Source: Patescibacteria group bacterium
GTDB lineage: Bacteria; Patescibacteriota; Minisyncoccia; JAHIHE01; JAGLIN01
Reading direction: 5' to 3'
NCBI GenBank assembly: GCA_029210775.1
Contig: JARGGI010000001.1
Coordinates: 16,493 to 80,492 of the forward strand
DNA length: 64,000 bases
Shown here: positions 24,018 to 33,909 of the stretch, in pieces
Layout of the letters: the number at the start of each line of letters is the position of its first letter
Position numbering within the stretch: position 1 is the first letter of the stretch
Program-made: the position numbers and the translations under genes
The notes under the pieces: generated by a model
Seen by the model: the letters and a program-made list of their open reading frames with translations, nothing else
Told to the model about the DNA's origin: nothing
Database searches by the model: none

Positions 24018-25280
24018 TTAGAACTTTAAAATTTTTCTAAACATTTTTTTGTTATTGAAAGGACCAATTAGAGCTAAGTTTAGTTTTTTGTCAACGAAAA
24101 TATCGTTTGCAACTCTTTGTATATCTTCTGCTGTAACTTTGTCTATTTTAGCAAATTTTTCCTCTGGAGTCAAAATTTTTCCAACATCAAGTTCTTGTGT
24201 TGCAAAAAAACTCGCCATTGAACTTGACGACTCTAAAGCTATTACGCTTTGTCCTTTCAGATAGTCTTTTGCTCTTTTAATCTCTTCAATTCCAACCTTT
24301 TCATTTTTAATTTTTTTATATTCATCTATGATGATATTGATAGCGTTAAGACATTTTTCATTATTAACTCCCGTTTGTGATGCAAGATAACCAACATCAT
24401 TATAACTTTCAGGTGATGTGTAAATATAATAAGCAAGACCTTTTTCTACAACAGACATATAAAGGCGAGAACTCATATTTCCTCCAAGGATAATGCTCAA
24501 GAGATTCAACGCATATTTATCTTTGTGTCCATTCTTATATCCCCTAACGCCTAAACATAAGTGTGATTGATCTGTTTTTTGATACTTTAGATAAACATTT
24601 GGCTTAATTTGTTTATCATAAGCCTTGAGTTGTTTTTTTGATTTTGTTTTACTTATTGAATTAAAATATTGATTTATTTTATTTTTTATTAACTTTTCAT
24701 TAAAATTGCCTGCAACCACGATAACAATATTATCTCCAGTATAATATTTTTTATAATAATCCATAAAATCTATTTTTTGAACAGACTTAATAGTTTTTTT
24801 AGTACCACCAATATCCCAGCCCATAGAATTATTTAGATATAAAACTTCTTCAAATAGAAATGGAATTCTCATCATAGGATTATCAAAAAACATATTTAGC
24901 TCTTCAATTATAGTTCCTCGTTCGCTGTCAATATCTTCAGTGGCAAGCTTTGAATTCAAAAGCATATCAGAAATTACATCCAATGCCAAATCGCAATGCT
25001 TACTATCAACTTTCGCCCAAAAGCCAGTATGTTCTTTTCCTGTGAACGCATTATATGATCCTCCAACGCTATCAAGTTCCTTTGAAATATCAAGCTTTGT
25101 AGGACGTTTTTCTGTTCCTTTAAAAAACATATGCTCAAGAAAATGTGAAATGCCCCTGATCTTGTTTGTTTCGTTTTTTGATCCCGTTCCAACAATTACC
25201 AAAACAGTCACGGTTTTTGTTGATTTCATTGGAGCAATGACAATTTTTGCGCCATTTTTTAGTTTAAATTTTTTATACAT
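24018..25280 (-). CDS. M16 family (pitrilysin-like) zinc peptidase
   Basis: Inverted HFLEH motif; NAFT; GGNMSSRL. Confidence 0.93.
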   Translation of the reverse strand: MYKKFKLKNGAKIVIAPMKSTKTVTVLVIVGTGSKNETNKIRGISHFLEHMFFKGTEKRPTKLDISKELDSVGGSYNAFTGKEHTGFWAKVDSKHCDLALDVISDMLLNSKLATEDIDSERGTIIEELNMFFDNPMMRIPFLFEEVLYLNNSMGWDIGGTKKTIKSVQKIDFMDYYKKYYTGDNIVIVVAGNFNEKLIKNKINQYFNSISKTKSKKQLKAYDKQIKPNVYLKYQKTDQSHLCLGVRGYKNGHKDKYALNLLSIILGGNMSSRLYMSVVEKGLAYYIYTSPESYNDVGYLASQTGVNNEKCLNAINIIIDEYKKIKNEKVGIEEIKRAKDYLKGQSVIALESSSSMASFFATQELDVGKILTPEEKFAKIDKVTAEDIQRVANDIFVDKKLNLALIGPFNNKKMFRKILKF

Positions 25281-25424
25281 TTAATTATAGATAAAAATTA
25301 AATCTCTTTTGTTTAAGAGATTTTATCCTTTGGAGATCGGTTAATCTTGATTCTAATTTACTTATAATCACAGATCTTAATGTTTTATCTCCTTTTTTAT
25401 AAAAATTATTTTCCAAGGCTTTTT

Positions 25425-25625
25425 TTAATACTCTATACTAATTTTTAAGTCATTTATTTTAAGATCGATCATTTCTATATTTATATTCAAACAACTTTCA
25501 TTGCTCATCTTTTTTTCAAGTTCAGCTGATCTATTTTTTATATATTTTAGTTTTATTTTTTTCTCCCTTTTTTTAATAATAGCCAGCCTGGCGTATGCTC
25601 TATCTAACATTTCATTATAATTCAT
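25425..25625 (-). CDS. Small hypothetical protein
   Basis: 66 aa; strong SD AAGGAGG directly upstream; may extend 5' across a homopolymer frameshift. Confidence 0.5.
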   Translation of the reverse strand: MNYNEMLDRAYARLAIIKKREKKIKLKYIKNRSAELEKKMSNESCLNINIEMIDLKINDLKISIEY

Positions 25626-25762
25626 AGCCTCCTTCTCATTTTGTTCTATTTCGTCCTGTCTTTTTTTAAGAGATTAATAATTAATTTTAAAACTCTCAAT
25701 CTTACACCTCCACATTTATAAATAAAGTTTATCACTTATAACAATAAAAGGCAATAATAATC

Positions 25763-25899
25763 CAAAAGGCCGGCGACTAGCAGTTTCTAAATAATACGAG
25801 CTATAGATTTTGCTTACTATTATTTTTAAATAATAGTGAGGAGAGAGATTTGCAAAATATTTAGTCCGATTAGAACACCGCTAATTCACCGACCTTTTG
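25763..25899. mobile_element. 137-bp hairpin MITE with 12-bp target duplication
   Basis: Ends caaaaggccggcga.../...tcaccgaccttttg; GCAATAATAATC on both sides. Confidence 0.7.
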
Positions 25900-25929
25900 G
25901 CAATAATAATCTAAATATATTGTAATTTT

Positions 25930-25957
25930 ATTATATAAATTATATCAAAATTGTCAA
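25930..25957 (-). promoter_or_regulatory. Consensus sigma70 promoter (leftward)
   Basis: TTGACA-16nt-TATAAT on the minus strand. Confidence 0.6.
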
Positions 25958-26002
25958 CATAAAATTATCATTTTAATAAATGTGTTGAACTAATACACAT
26001 AA

Positions 26003-26233
26003 GGCTCTTTGTCAAAACGTGTGGTGGCTAACAGCTAACATGACTTTAGATATATAGTTTTGTATTAATGAGAATATTAATTTATAGTTGTCGTTCCTAC
26101 CATAGGGAGGAATCGCTCTTATCTGGGAATTGATATTTGATATCATTTTTTATGGGAGTGGTGTGAATTGTTAATTTATCAATATAATTTTACAAATTCT
26201 TTAGTTATCCACCACAGTTATTAGTGTAGAGCC
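26003..26233. mobile_element. 231-bp non-autonomous IS-derived element
   Basis: TIRs ggctct...tgtggtgg(c/a)taac; flanks acacataa/acacattg (6/8 match); partial copy at 9555. Confidence 0.65.
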
Positions 26234-26238
26234 ACACA

Positions 26239-26267
26239 TTGACAAATTATTTATTCAATGTAATAAT
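26239..26267 (+). promoter_or_regulatory. Promoter for the leader peptide and SAM hydrolase
   Basis: TTGACA-17nt-AATAAT with extended TG. Confidence 0.55.
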
Positions 26268-26292
26268 GCATTTATATTTTTTATATTTAGAA

Positions 26293-26425
26293 ATGACAAC
26301 ATCAAAATACAAAAAAATAATGATGGAAATAATGATAAACTGGATTTATACGGATCGAAAGATTTTGTAGTTATAATAAGATTTTTTTAACTCAATAAAT
26401 CGATCCTGAATGGTTCGGTTTTTTT
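26293..26425 (+). promoter_or_regulatory. Candidate Met-rich leader peptide plus terminator/antiterminator (attenuator)
   Basis: ORF 26293-26370 MTTSKYKKIMMEIMINWIYTDRKIL*; terminator 26398-26425; ggatcga 26352-26358 pairs with tcgatcc 26400-26406. Confidence 0.5.
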
Positions 26426-26447
26426 AATTAATTATTAAAAAAATAAA

Positions 26448-27251
26448 ATGCAAATAACAATAATAAATGATTGTTGCGATCAAAACGCAAAACTTAGACA
26501 AGTTACAAGACTTGGCTCATTATTCCAAAATAGTTCTGTAAATTGTTTTAGCGTAAAATCTGAAATTGAAGCATCGGGATTTTTAGTCGATGCCATTGAC
26601 TCATTTGAAGGAAGAGAAGGGATTATATTAGTTAATGTTGCCCCTCGTAACGGAAAGGCAAAAAAATGGGAAAATGGAACACCTTTCGGTTTTTTCAAGT
26701 ATAAGAAAACATTAATTATATCTTCGTTGGACGGAAATGTTTTGTCTCTTGCAAAAAAACTTAATTTATTAAAAGAAATATATATCTTTGATATTCAAAA
26801 AGTAATTAAATCAATTGATAAAAGTGAATTAAATATAGACGAAAAAAATAGAATTACAAATAGTCAATTCAGAAGCTTTGATTTTTTACCAAAAATTGCT
26901 TATTGGTTAATGCATAATGTTAAGCTACCATATAATAAATACGATATTTCAAAAATTCAAAATATTAAAGGAAAAATTTGGTTTATAGATAATTTTGGTA
27001 ACATTAAAACGACATATTTAAAAAACGAGATTGTTACAGAAAAAAATGGTTATGCTAAATTTAATATTAATAACAGTAGCCTTAAGTTTAAACTTTATAA
27101 TCATTTAAAAGATTTGCCAGATAATGAAACGGGTTTAGTTGTTGGAAGTTCTGGAATTGGTGAAAAGAGATTTATCGAAATAATATCTCAAGGAGCGAGT
27201 GCTACAAAAAAGCTTAAAGCTGACTTTAGTTCAAAAATATCAACATCTTGA
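26448..27251 (+). CDS. SAM hydroxide adenosyltransferase (DUF62, chlorinase/fluorinase family)
   Basis: ITIIND, LVNVAPR, FRSFD, FIDNFGNIKT, GSSG...EI. Confidence 0.75.
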   Translation: MQITIINDCCDQNAKLRQVTRLGSLFQNSSVNCFSVKSEIEASGFLVDAIDSFEGREGIILVNVAPRNGKAKKWENGTPFGFFKYKKTLIISSLDGNVLSLAKKLNLLKEIYIFDIQKVIKSIDKSELNIDEKNRITNSQFRSFDFLPKIAYWLMHNVKLPYNKYDISKIQNIKGKIWFIDNFGNIKTTYLKNEIVTEKNGYAKFNINNSSLKFKLYNHLKDLPDNETGLVVGSSGIGEKRFIEIISQGASATKKLKADFSSKISTS

Positions 27252-27396
27252 CAATTTATTAAAAAAAGAATACAATATATTAATAATTCAAGCTAAAAGT
27301 CGGTCTAATTAAATAGAAATTAGAAGACGGATGTAATTTTCATCCATTTTTTATTTGAATGAAAATTTAATTATACTATTTATAAATTCAAAAATT

Positions 27397-29178
27397 ATGG
27401 AAATTAGAAATATTGCAATTATTGCTCATGTTGATCATGGAAAAACAACCTTGACGGATGCATTAATGCGGCAAACTGGAATGGTTACAGACGAAGCGAT
27501 AAGTATGGATAATAATGATTTGGAATTAGAGCGTGGAATTACAATTTATTCAAAAAATGCTTCTTTGTTTTATAAAGGAACAAAAATTAATATTGTGGAC
27601 ACTCCTGGACATGCTGATTTTGGATCTGAGGTGGAGCGAGTTTTGCGATCAATTGATAGCGTTCTTTTGGTTGTAGATGCTCAAGAAGGGCCAATGCCAC
27701 AAACGAAATTTGTTCTCAAAAAGTCTTTAGAGCTTGGATTGAAACCGATTGTTGTTTTGAATAAAATTGATAAGCCTGCGGCAAATGTTGATCTTGCTCA
27801 TGATCAGATTTTGGAATTATTTATGGACCTTGGTGCAAATGATGAACAATTAGATTTTGTAACTGTTTATGCAATTGGAAGAGAAGGAATTGCTAAGAAG
27901 AATATTAATGATGAATCAAAAGATTTAATGCCACTACTTGATGCGATTGTGGAAAATGTTTCATCTGCAAAAGCAGACACATCCTTGCCACTTCTGATTC
28001 AACCCTTTAATCTTGCCTATGATGATTTTCTTGGCAGATTGGCAGTTGGAAGAATTTATGAAGGAAGTATAAAAAAGGGAGATAAGGTCATTGTGAAAAA
28101 ACCAACTGGAGAAATTCGGAAAGCATCAGTTACAAAAATATCTACTTTTCACGGCACTGAAAGAAAGGAAGTAAATCAAGCTGACGCCGGAGATATTGTA
28201 ATTCTTGCTGGAATTGCTGATATATATATTGGAGAAACAATATGCTCAAATGAAAATCAAAAACCGCTTCCAGCGATTACTGTTGATGAGCCGACAATTT
28301 CTGTTAATTTTTTAGTTAATAATTCACCTTTTGCTGGAAAAGAAGGGAAGTTTGTTACCATTCGACAAATTAGAGAAAGACTCGAGAAAGAATTAGAAGT
28401 TAATGTTGGTCTAAGAATTGATTTTAGCGCAGTTGATTCCTTTAAAGTATTTGGAAGGGGAGAAATGCACATTGCAATTCTTCTTGAAAATATGAGACGA
28501 CAGGGATATGAACTTCAAATTTCACAACCGAGTGTAATTATAAAAGAAAAAAATGGAAAAAAACTAGAGCCATTTGAGGAAATAACAATTGATATACCAG
28601 ATGAATTTTCAGGAACAGTTATCGAAAAAATGGCGAAACGAAAAGGTAATATGATTGAGATGAAATCAGAAAATGGAAACACAAGAATTATTTTTGAAAT
28701 TCCGACAAGAGGAATTCTTGGATATAGGGGAGAATTTATAATTGATACAAAAGGTGAAGGAATTTTATGTTCCCGCGTGATTGAATTTAGAGAATATGTC
28801 GGAGAAATCAAAAAAAGACATTTAGGGTCAATGGTATCTATGCTTGCTGGAAAAGCTCTTGGATTTTCATTATATAATTTACAAGATAGAGGAGAATTAT
28901 ATATAAAACCAAACATTGAAGTTTATGAAGGAATGGTGATTGGAAATGCTTCCAAAGGAAAAGATTTAACGGTGAATCCAATTAAAGGAAAACACTTAAC
29001 AAATATGCGCGCATCAGGTTCAGATGAAAATTTAAAACTTGTTCCTCCTATTGAAATTACTCTTGAAAGCGGAATGGAAATTATGCAGGAAGATGAATAT
29101 CTTGAAATCACTCCAAAAAACATCCGTCTCAGGAAAAAACTTCTTAAGGATAATGATAGGGTGATTGCAAAAAGATAA
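27397..29178 (+). CDS. typA: Translational GTPase TypA/BipA
   Basis: [41 protein letters not shown]; ATG at 27397 preferred over the upstream TTG. Confidence 0.96.
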   Translation: MEIRNIAIIAHVDHGKTTLTDALMRQTGMVTDEAISMDNNDLELERGITIYSKNASLFYKGTKINIVDTPGHADFGSEVERVLRSIDSVLLVVDAQEGPMPQTKFVLKKSLELGLKPIVVLNKIDKPAANVDLAHDQILELFMDLGANDEQLDFVTVYAIGREGIAKKNINDESKDLMPLLDAIVENVSSAKADTSLPLLIQPFNLAYDDFLGRLAVGRIYEGSIKKGDKVIVKKPTGEIRKASVTKISTFHGTERKEVNQADAGDIVILAGIADIYIGETICSNENQKPLPAITVDEPTISVNFLVNNSPFAGKEGKFVTIRQIRERLEKELEVNVGLRIDFSAVDSFKVFGRGEMHIAILLENMRRQGYELQISQPSVIIKEKNGKKLEPFEEITIDIPDEFSGTVIEKMAKRKGNMIEMKSENGNTRIIFEIPTRGILGYRGEFIIDTKGEGILCSRVIEFREYVGEIKKRHLGSMVSMLAGKALGFSLYNLQDRGELYIKPNIEVYEGMVIGNASKGKDLTVNPIKGKHLTNMRASGSDENLKLVPPIEITLESGMEIMQEDEYLEITPKNIRLRKKLLKDNDRVIAKR

Positions 29179-29272
29179 ACATAACAGAATGTGACAGATT
29201 TTCTGGCTCAGTTTTGAATTTTTTTTATTTAATGCTATTCTAAAATCATAATATTCATTTAAGGGTTTTAAA

Positions 29273-29824
29273 ATGAAGAAATTACCGATTATAAAAAACA
29301 GTAAATGGGTTGATTTTATGTCTTCAAAAAAGATTGATATTTCCGGAAAAGTCATCTTAATGAGTTTTTGGACATATCCTTGTGTTCAATGCGATCGACA
29401 TATGCCATATCTAAGAGAAATTTGGAACTCTATAAATCATGATAAATTTTTGATTATTGGTGTTTACACTCCAACCTCTAAATATGGAATTGACAAAAAA
29501 AGCACAATGGACATTGTTATAAGTTTGGATATAAATTGGTCTGTAATATTTGATAATGAATATAAGTTTTGCCAAAAATTTCAAAATGAACTTTGGCCAT
29601 CTCTTTATTTATTTGATCAAGAAAAGAATCTTGTCTACGGTTGTTATGGGAAATTTAAATATATTGAATTAAAGGAAAATATAAAAAATCTTTTGAAAAA
29701 AAATCACATAGTTTCGAACATTTTCGAAAATAAGAACCCTGAAAATGTTTGTTTTATAGAAATTCCAAACACAAAAAAGGATGATATCAAGAAATCAATT
29801 ACTGAAGATTGTAAACTTTTGTAA
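29273..29824 (+). CDS. Redoxin/thioredoxin-like protein (DipZ-like)
   Basis: GKVILMSFWTYPCVQC, GVYTP, WPSLYLFD. Confidence 0.75.
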   Translation: MKKLPIIKNSKWVDFMSSKKIDISGKVILMSFWTYPCVQCDRHMPYLREIWNSINHDKFLIIGVYTPTSKYGIDKKSTMDIVISLDINWSVIFDNEYKFCQKFQNELWPSLYLFDQEKNLVYGCYGKFKYIELKENIKNLLKKNHIVSNIFENKNPENVCFIEIPNTKKDDIKKSITEDCKLL

Positions 29825-29844
29825 ATTATAATCGTTTTATGAAA

Positions 29845-29876
29845 AACAGATTACTTTGAAAGTAGTCTGTTTTTTT
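29845..29876. terminator. Bidirectional terminator
   Basis: aaaaacagattact-ttgaa-agtagtctgttttttt between convergent genes. Confidence 0.7.
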
Positions 29877-29889
29877 GATTTTAATCTAA

Positions 29890-30768
29890 TTATTGCTGAA
29901 GACAATCATTAAATAATTCAATCTGCTTATTATATTCAGCAATCAATTCTTTTTGTTCGTTTATAAGAATGTTAATTTGCTTTACAATTAAATTGTAATT
30001 ATCAATCATATTATTGTAAGTTTTGATATCTTTCCTTGTTTTTAAATTCATTGATTTAATTGAATTTCGAAGAGAGATTGAATTTTTTTCAAGATTTGAA
30101 ATTTGGTTTTGATTATTTTCGATTTCAGTTTTCAAATTTTGATTTACTTTTGGACAATCAGAAAATGGTCTGGCGAAAATTTGAACACCAATCCATGTTT
30201 GATGATTTTCGTAAAAACCTTTTTTTACAGCAATTCCAATTTCAGTATAACTTGTGTTGAGTATATTTGCTCTATGTCCTGGGCTATCCATCCATGCCTG
30301 AACAAGAGTTTGATCATCTTTGAAATTTCCCAAGGCAATATTTTCACCTATAGAAATATATTCGTAATTTACATCTTTTGCGATATCCGACGCTCCAAGC
30401 CCTTCGGGGGAAATATGTTCAAAATATTGCTTAGCAAACATATCTTCAAGTCTTGCCATTGCAATTTCATCAAGCATATCGTTTTTTAAAAGTGCCGGCA
30501 AAGATTTTGTTTCGTCTCTTTGAATGTTCGTCCAATTTAAGACCCCTTCTTTTGTTAAAAATGAATTTTCAGAATTTTCTCTGCTGACAAGTGGTGATGG
30601 AGTATTTATATTTCTATCAATTTCCTTTAATAAATTTTCACTAAATTTTTTTTCAAATTGTGGAATTTGTTCAAAATCAAAATTTGGAAAATTTTCTCCA
30701 ACAAAAGAAAACGCAAACCAAATTAACACAAAAAGAATAAATGAAAATGTAAGAAATTTTTTAATCAT
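29890..30768 (-). CDS. CAP/SCP domain protein with C-terminal coiled coil
   Basis: YFEHISP, GENIALG, WMDSPGHRANIL, EIGIAV; N-terminal TM. Confidence 0.9.
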   Translation of the reverse strand: MIKKFLTFSFILFVLIWFAFSFVGENFPNFDFEQIPQFEKKFSENLLKEIDRNINTPSPLVSRENSENSFLTKEGVLNWTNIQRDETKSLPALLKNDMLDEIAMARLEDMFAKQYFEHISPEGLGASDIAKDVNYEYISIGENIALGNFKDDQTLVQAWMDSPGHRANILNTSYTEIGIAVKKGFYENHQTWIGVQIFARPFSDCPKVNQNLKTEIENNQNQISNLEKNSISLRNSIKSMNLKTRKDIKTYNNMIDNYNLIVKQINILINEQKELIAEYNKQIELFNDCLQQ

Positions 30769-30933
30769 ATATTTTAAAATTGTTAAAACAATATATTTAT
30801 CTTTTAGCTGTATTTATAATATTACCTCTTTTTGACAAATAAATATATTCTTCGAGTAAGCAATGTGAGTTGAGAAGTTTTTGTGTTTAGTTTCTAATTA
30901 CATAGGCAGGTAATTTGTCGTCCAGCTTATCTC

Positions 30934-30966
30934 TGTCATTGCGAGGAGGTACGACGTGGCAATCCC
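30934..30966. repeat. Half GTCATTGCGAG element
   Basis: tgtcattgcgaggaggtacgacgtggcaatccc. Confidence 0.6.
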
Positions 30967-31289
30967 GCAAATTTGTCATCCGGTCCGAAAGATATATTCT
31001 TCAAGCGGTTGAAGTTATTTAAAATAAATTTAGGATAACTACACCGCTATCCCCATCTAAGAATGAGAAATTAACTTTCATGCTGTTTTCATTATAAATC
31101 ATTTTATAAATATTATCCATAAAAAAATAAGTATTTATTTTGATCAATATATTTTTATTTTGAATTACGAAATGCAATGAAATTAAAATTGACAGACCTG
31201 TGTATAAGCTAACTTTATAAAAGTGACACAAATTTCAGAAAATAAATAATCCTTATTTTAAAAGATAAAACTTGTGGATAACTTTGAAT

Positions 31290-31317
31290 TTGACATGTTC
31301 TTTGAAAGGAAGATAAT
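31290..31317 (+). promoter_or_regulatory. Candidate promoter for the surface-fibre locus
   Basis: TTGACA-16nt-GATAAT, preceded by tgtggataa. Confidence 0.45.
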
Positions 31318-31774
31318 AGAGACGTGGCTATGTCTTTATAAAAGGCAAAAAGCATTGTATTAACCGCAAGGGGAGGGTCTTGATTTTTATGTAAACAAAG
31401 AAAAGAATCAATTAATTTTTAATAAAAATTTTCCAACAAGGAAAAGAAAAATTGATTCAAATAACCTAATACTTGATTGAAATAGTGCGAAAAGATCAAC
31501 CAAACGAAATTCTTGTTTAGATTTTGGTTGTTTTTTGTACACTAAAATTTCTTTTTACAAATGCTGTTTAATGTTTTGTCACTTTGTTAAAGACGAATAA
31601 AAAAATAAATAAGTTTAATATAAAAAATTAAAGGTCGAAGTTGTTTGTCTAAGTTTTAATAATTTGCTATTATTTTGGATTTAATTTTAAGTATCTGTGA
31701 TAGATTCCAGATCAAGTTCGAAATAATAAAAAAGGGTGAAAAATTTAGACGAGTAACTCTAAAAATTTTAATAA

Positions 31775-31907
31775 CTTTGAATTACGAAATGTCTTTCTAA
31801 GTCAAACAAAGAATCCCGAAATTACGCACACAGATCTTAATGAAGGGATTATTATGTGATTTTAATTCTTACAATGACAACAAAATTTTGTATTTTGTAA
31901 TTTAAAG
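31775..31907. mobile_element. MITE, TIR CTTTGAATTACGAAA family
   Basis: Similar to 3330-3462; TSD taataa/caataa. Confidence 0.7.
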
Positions 31908-31999
31908 CAATAAAAAAATTTAATTAAATTAAATCTTTTCTTCTGTTGATTTTTTAAATTGATAGTGAAAATAAGCAGAAGATTAAGGAGAATAAATTT

Positions 32000-33358
32000 A
32001 TGAGAAGTAAAAAAATATTAGCTTCTCTTGCACTACTTGCAGTTGTGGTAGTTTCAGCATCAATGTTCGCTGCATTTGAAGCTCATGTCATTAATGTGAC
32101 AGCAAAAATTGAAAATGCCTTAACAGTCCCAATTAATCACATTGATTTTGGAACAGTGTTTCCACAAGAACAACTTGATAGACCTTTAGAAATCGCTCTA
32201 TCTGATTCATTTATAGCAGAAAACAGAGTTGATGATGTGGAATATATGATTCGTCAAAAACCAAAATGCGCTATAACGACAAATGAAGGAATAAATTTTG
32301 ATCCTGATTTTACAAAAACAGGACACATTGTCTTGGGTAGTGATGGAACAGCGACAATTGAATGTGGTGAACCAACGAGAGATTTGACAGAAGGCGAAAG
32401 TTGGGGTGTTCTACCTTCACTTTGTCCATATCTTTCAAAACATAAAGCTGAAAACGATCCAGATGACAATCAAATAGGAATTGAAAAGGAAGTTGACGCT
32501 TTTCACCAACCATATAAAGTAATTCAAAATTCAGATAGCAGTTATAGTTTAGTTTATAATGAAGCAAAAGGAAGACTTGCAAAAACAGATAGTGACACAG
32601 TTGATAACTGGGTTATTGACCTTAAAGTTCCTTGTTTTGGAAATCATTGCGCTCAAGACTGGGAAAATTTTGTAACTGGAATTAATCCAGATGCAATTCC
32701 AGCTGATTATGTTCAAGAAATTGGTGATGAGCATAAGATTTTCGGATGTGATTTGTGGGTTGAAGTTACTGAAGTTTCAGAAGACAATGGAGATCTTGCT
32801 TGTTCAAATGCAGATGTAATGCTTGTTCTTGACAGATCTGGAAGTATTGCAACTGACCTTCAAACTCTCAAAGACGCTGCAACAAATTTTGTTACAGCTT
32901 TAGCTCCAACTTCTACTGGTGTTCATATAGGACAAACAAGTTTTGCAAATGTTGGTTCATTAGATTTAGGTCTTTCATATGATGTTTCAGCTATTAATCT
33001 CGCAATATCTGGTTTAAGTTCTGCTGGTTATACAAATTTAGCAGATGGGATTTTGTTTGCGAGCACTGAATTAGCCAGTGGTAATGACAGAAATGATGCA
33101 GACAATCCAGATTATATGGTTGTTATCACCGATGGTGATCCAAACTATCCAGATGCTTCAACTGCTGAATCCTTAGCAACAGATGCAGCAAATGCAGCAA
33201 GAGCTGCTGGTACCAAAATTTATGTTGTGGGCGTAGGAAGTGCTTTAAATGACGTCTATTTAAGTCAAAACATTGCAAACCACACAGGACAATATTATAG
33301 CGTTGCTAATTATTCTGATTTATCTGCAGTTTTTTCTGGAATTGCAACCTGTAACTAA
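32000..33358 (+). CDS. SipW-type signal peptide protein with TasA-like/Cys-rich domain and vWA domain (putative major fibre subunit)
   Basis: Signal ending SMFAAF-EAHVINVTAKIEN; IDFGTVFP; vWA MIDAS DRSGS, TN, ITDG; SD taaggag. Confidence 0.75.
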   Translation: MRSKKILASLALLAVVVVSASMFAAFEAHVINVTAKIENALTVPINHIDFGTVFPQEQLDRPLEIALSDSFIAENRVDDVEYMIRQKPKCAITTNEGINFDPDFTKTGHIVLGSDGTATIECGEPTRDLTEGESWGVLPSLCPYLSKHKAENDPDDNQIGIEKEVDAFHQPYKVIQNSDSSYSLVYNEAKGRLAKTDSDTVDNWVIDLKVPCFGNHCAQDWENFVTGINPDAIPADYVQEIGDEHKIFGCDLWVEVTEVSEDNGDLACSNADVMLVLDRSGSIATDLQTLKDAATNFVTALAPTSTGVHIGQTSFANVGSLDLGLSYDVSAINLAISGLSSAGYTNLADGILFASTELASGNDRNDADNPDYMVVITDGDPNYPDASTAESLATDAANAARAAGTKIYVVGVGSALNDVYLSQNIANHTGQYYSVANYSDLSAVFSGIATCN

Positions 33359-33387
33359 TTCTGTTTGCTTAAATTTAAAGTGATTAT

Positions 33388-33448
33388 TTTAATTACTTTT
33401 GACTCTGCGTCTTTGAATTAAGGCGCAGGGGACTGAGGTCGTTAAAAG
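33388..33448 (+). terminator. Long stem-loop after the first fibre gene
   Basis: ctctgcgtctt-tgaatt-aaggcgcaggg with extended flanking pairing. Confidence 0.55.
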
Positions 33449-33454
33449 TATATT

Positions 33455-33839
33455 GTTATTGCGAGCGAAGCGTGGCAATCATGCGACTATGTCTGTCATT
33501 GCGAGCGAAGCGTGGCAATCCCGAAATAAATTCAGAAAGTTATAATATATCGTTTCGTGAATTTAGACTTGAGATTGCTTCGTCGCTATGCTCCTCGCAA
33601 AGACAATGTTATTCCTCTGTCATTGCGAGCGAAGCGTGGCAATCCCGAAATTAGTTTCAGAAAACTGTAATATATCGTTTCGTGAATTTAGACTCGAGAT
33701 TGCTTCGTCGCTATACTCCTCGCAAAGACAAACACAAGAAAAAAAAGTTTTATGTTAATAAACTCGAGATTGCTTCGTCGCTATACTCCTCGCAAAGACA
33801 GAGATAGATTGTCACATCGCTATGCTCCTCGCAACGACA
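33455..33839. repeat. Array of GTCATTGCGAGCGAAGCGTGGCAATC / GATTGCTTCGTCGCTATGCTCCTCGCAA palindromic elements
   Basis: Three left arms and four right arms visible. Confidence 0.9.
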
Positions 33840-33909
33840 AACATAGTAAAATTTGAAAAATTTATATAAACAGTATACAATGTATGCAATAAATATTAAC
33901 AAATCAAAA

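Noticed and set aside
31019-31231. 70-aa minus-strand ORF
   Set aside because: AT-rich intergenic frame overlapping a MITE-end remnant, with no motif or RBS
31273-31281. DnaA-box-like TGTGGATAA (also near 59695) as oriC
   Set aside because: Isolated single boxes, with no cluster and no dnaA/dnaN nearby
33472-33654. ORF 33472-33654 and ORFs 41279-41512, 41473-41679 and 41477-41716
   Set aside because: Translations of the palindromic repeat arrays (LRAKRGNP / IASEAWQS-type peptides)
33455-33839. CRISPR array (also considered for 41349-41696)
   Set aside because: The units are inverted arm pairs with irregular, mutually similar spacers, and there are no cas genes; this is a REP/MITE cluster
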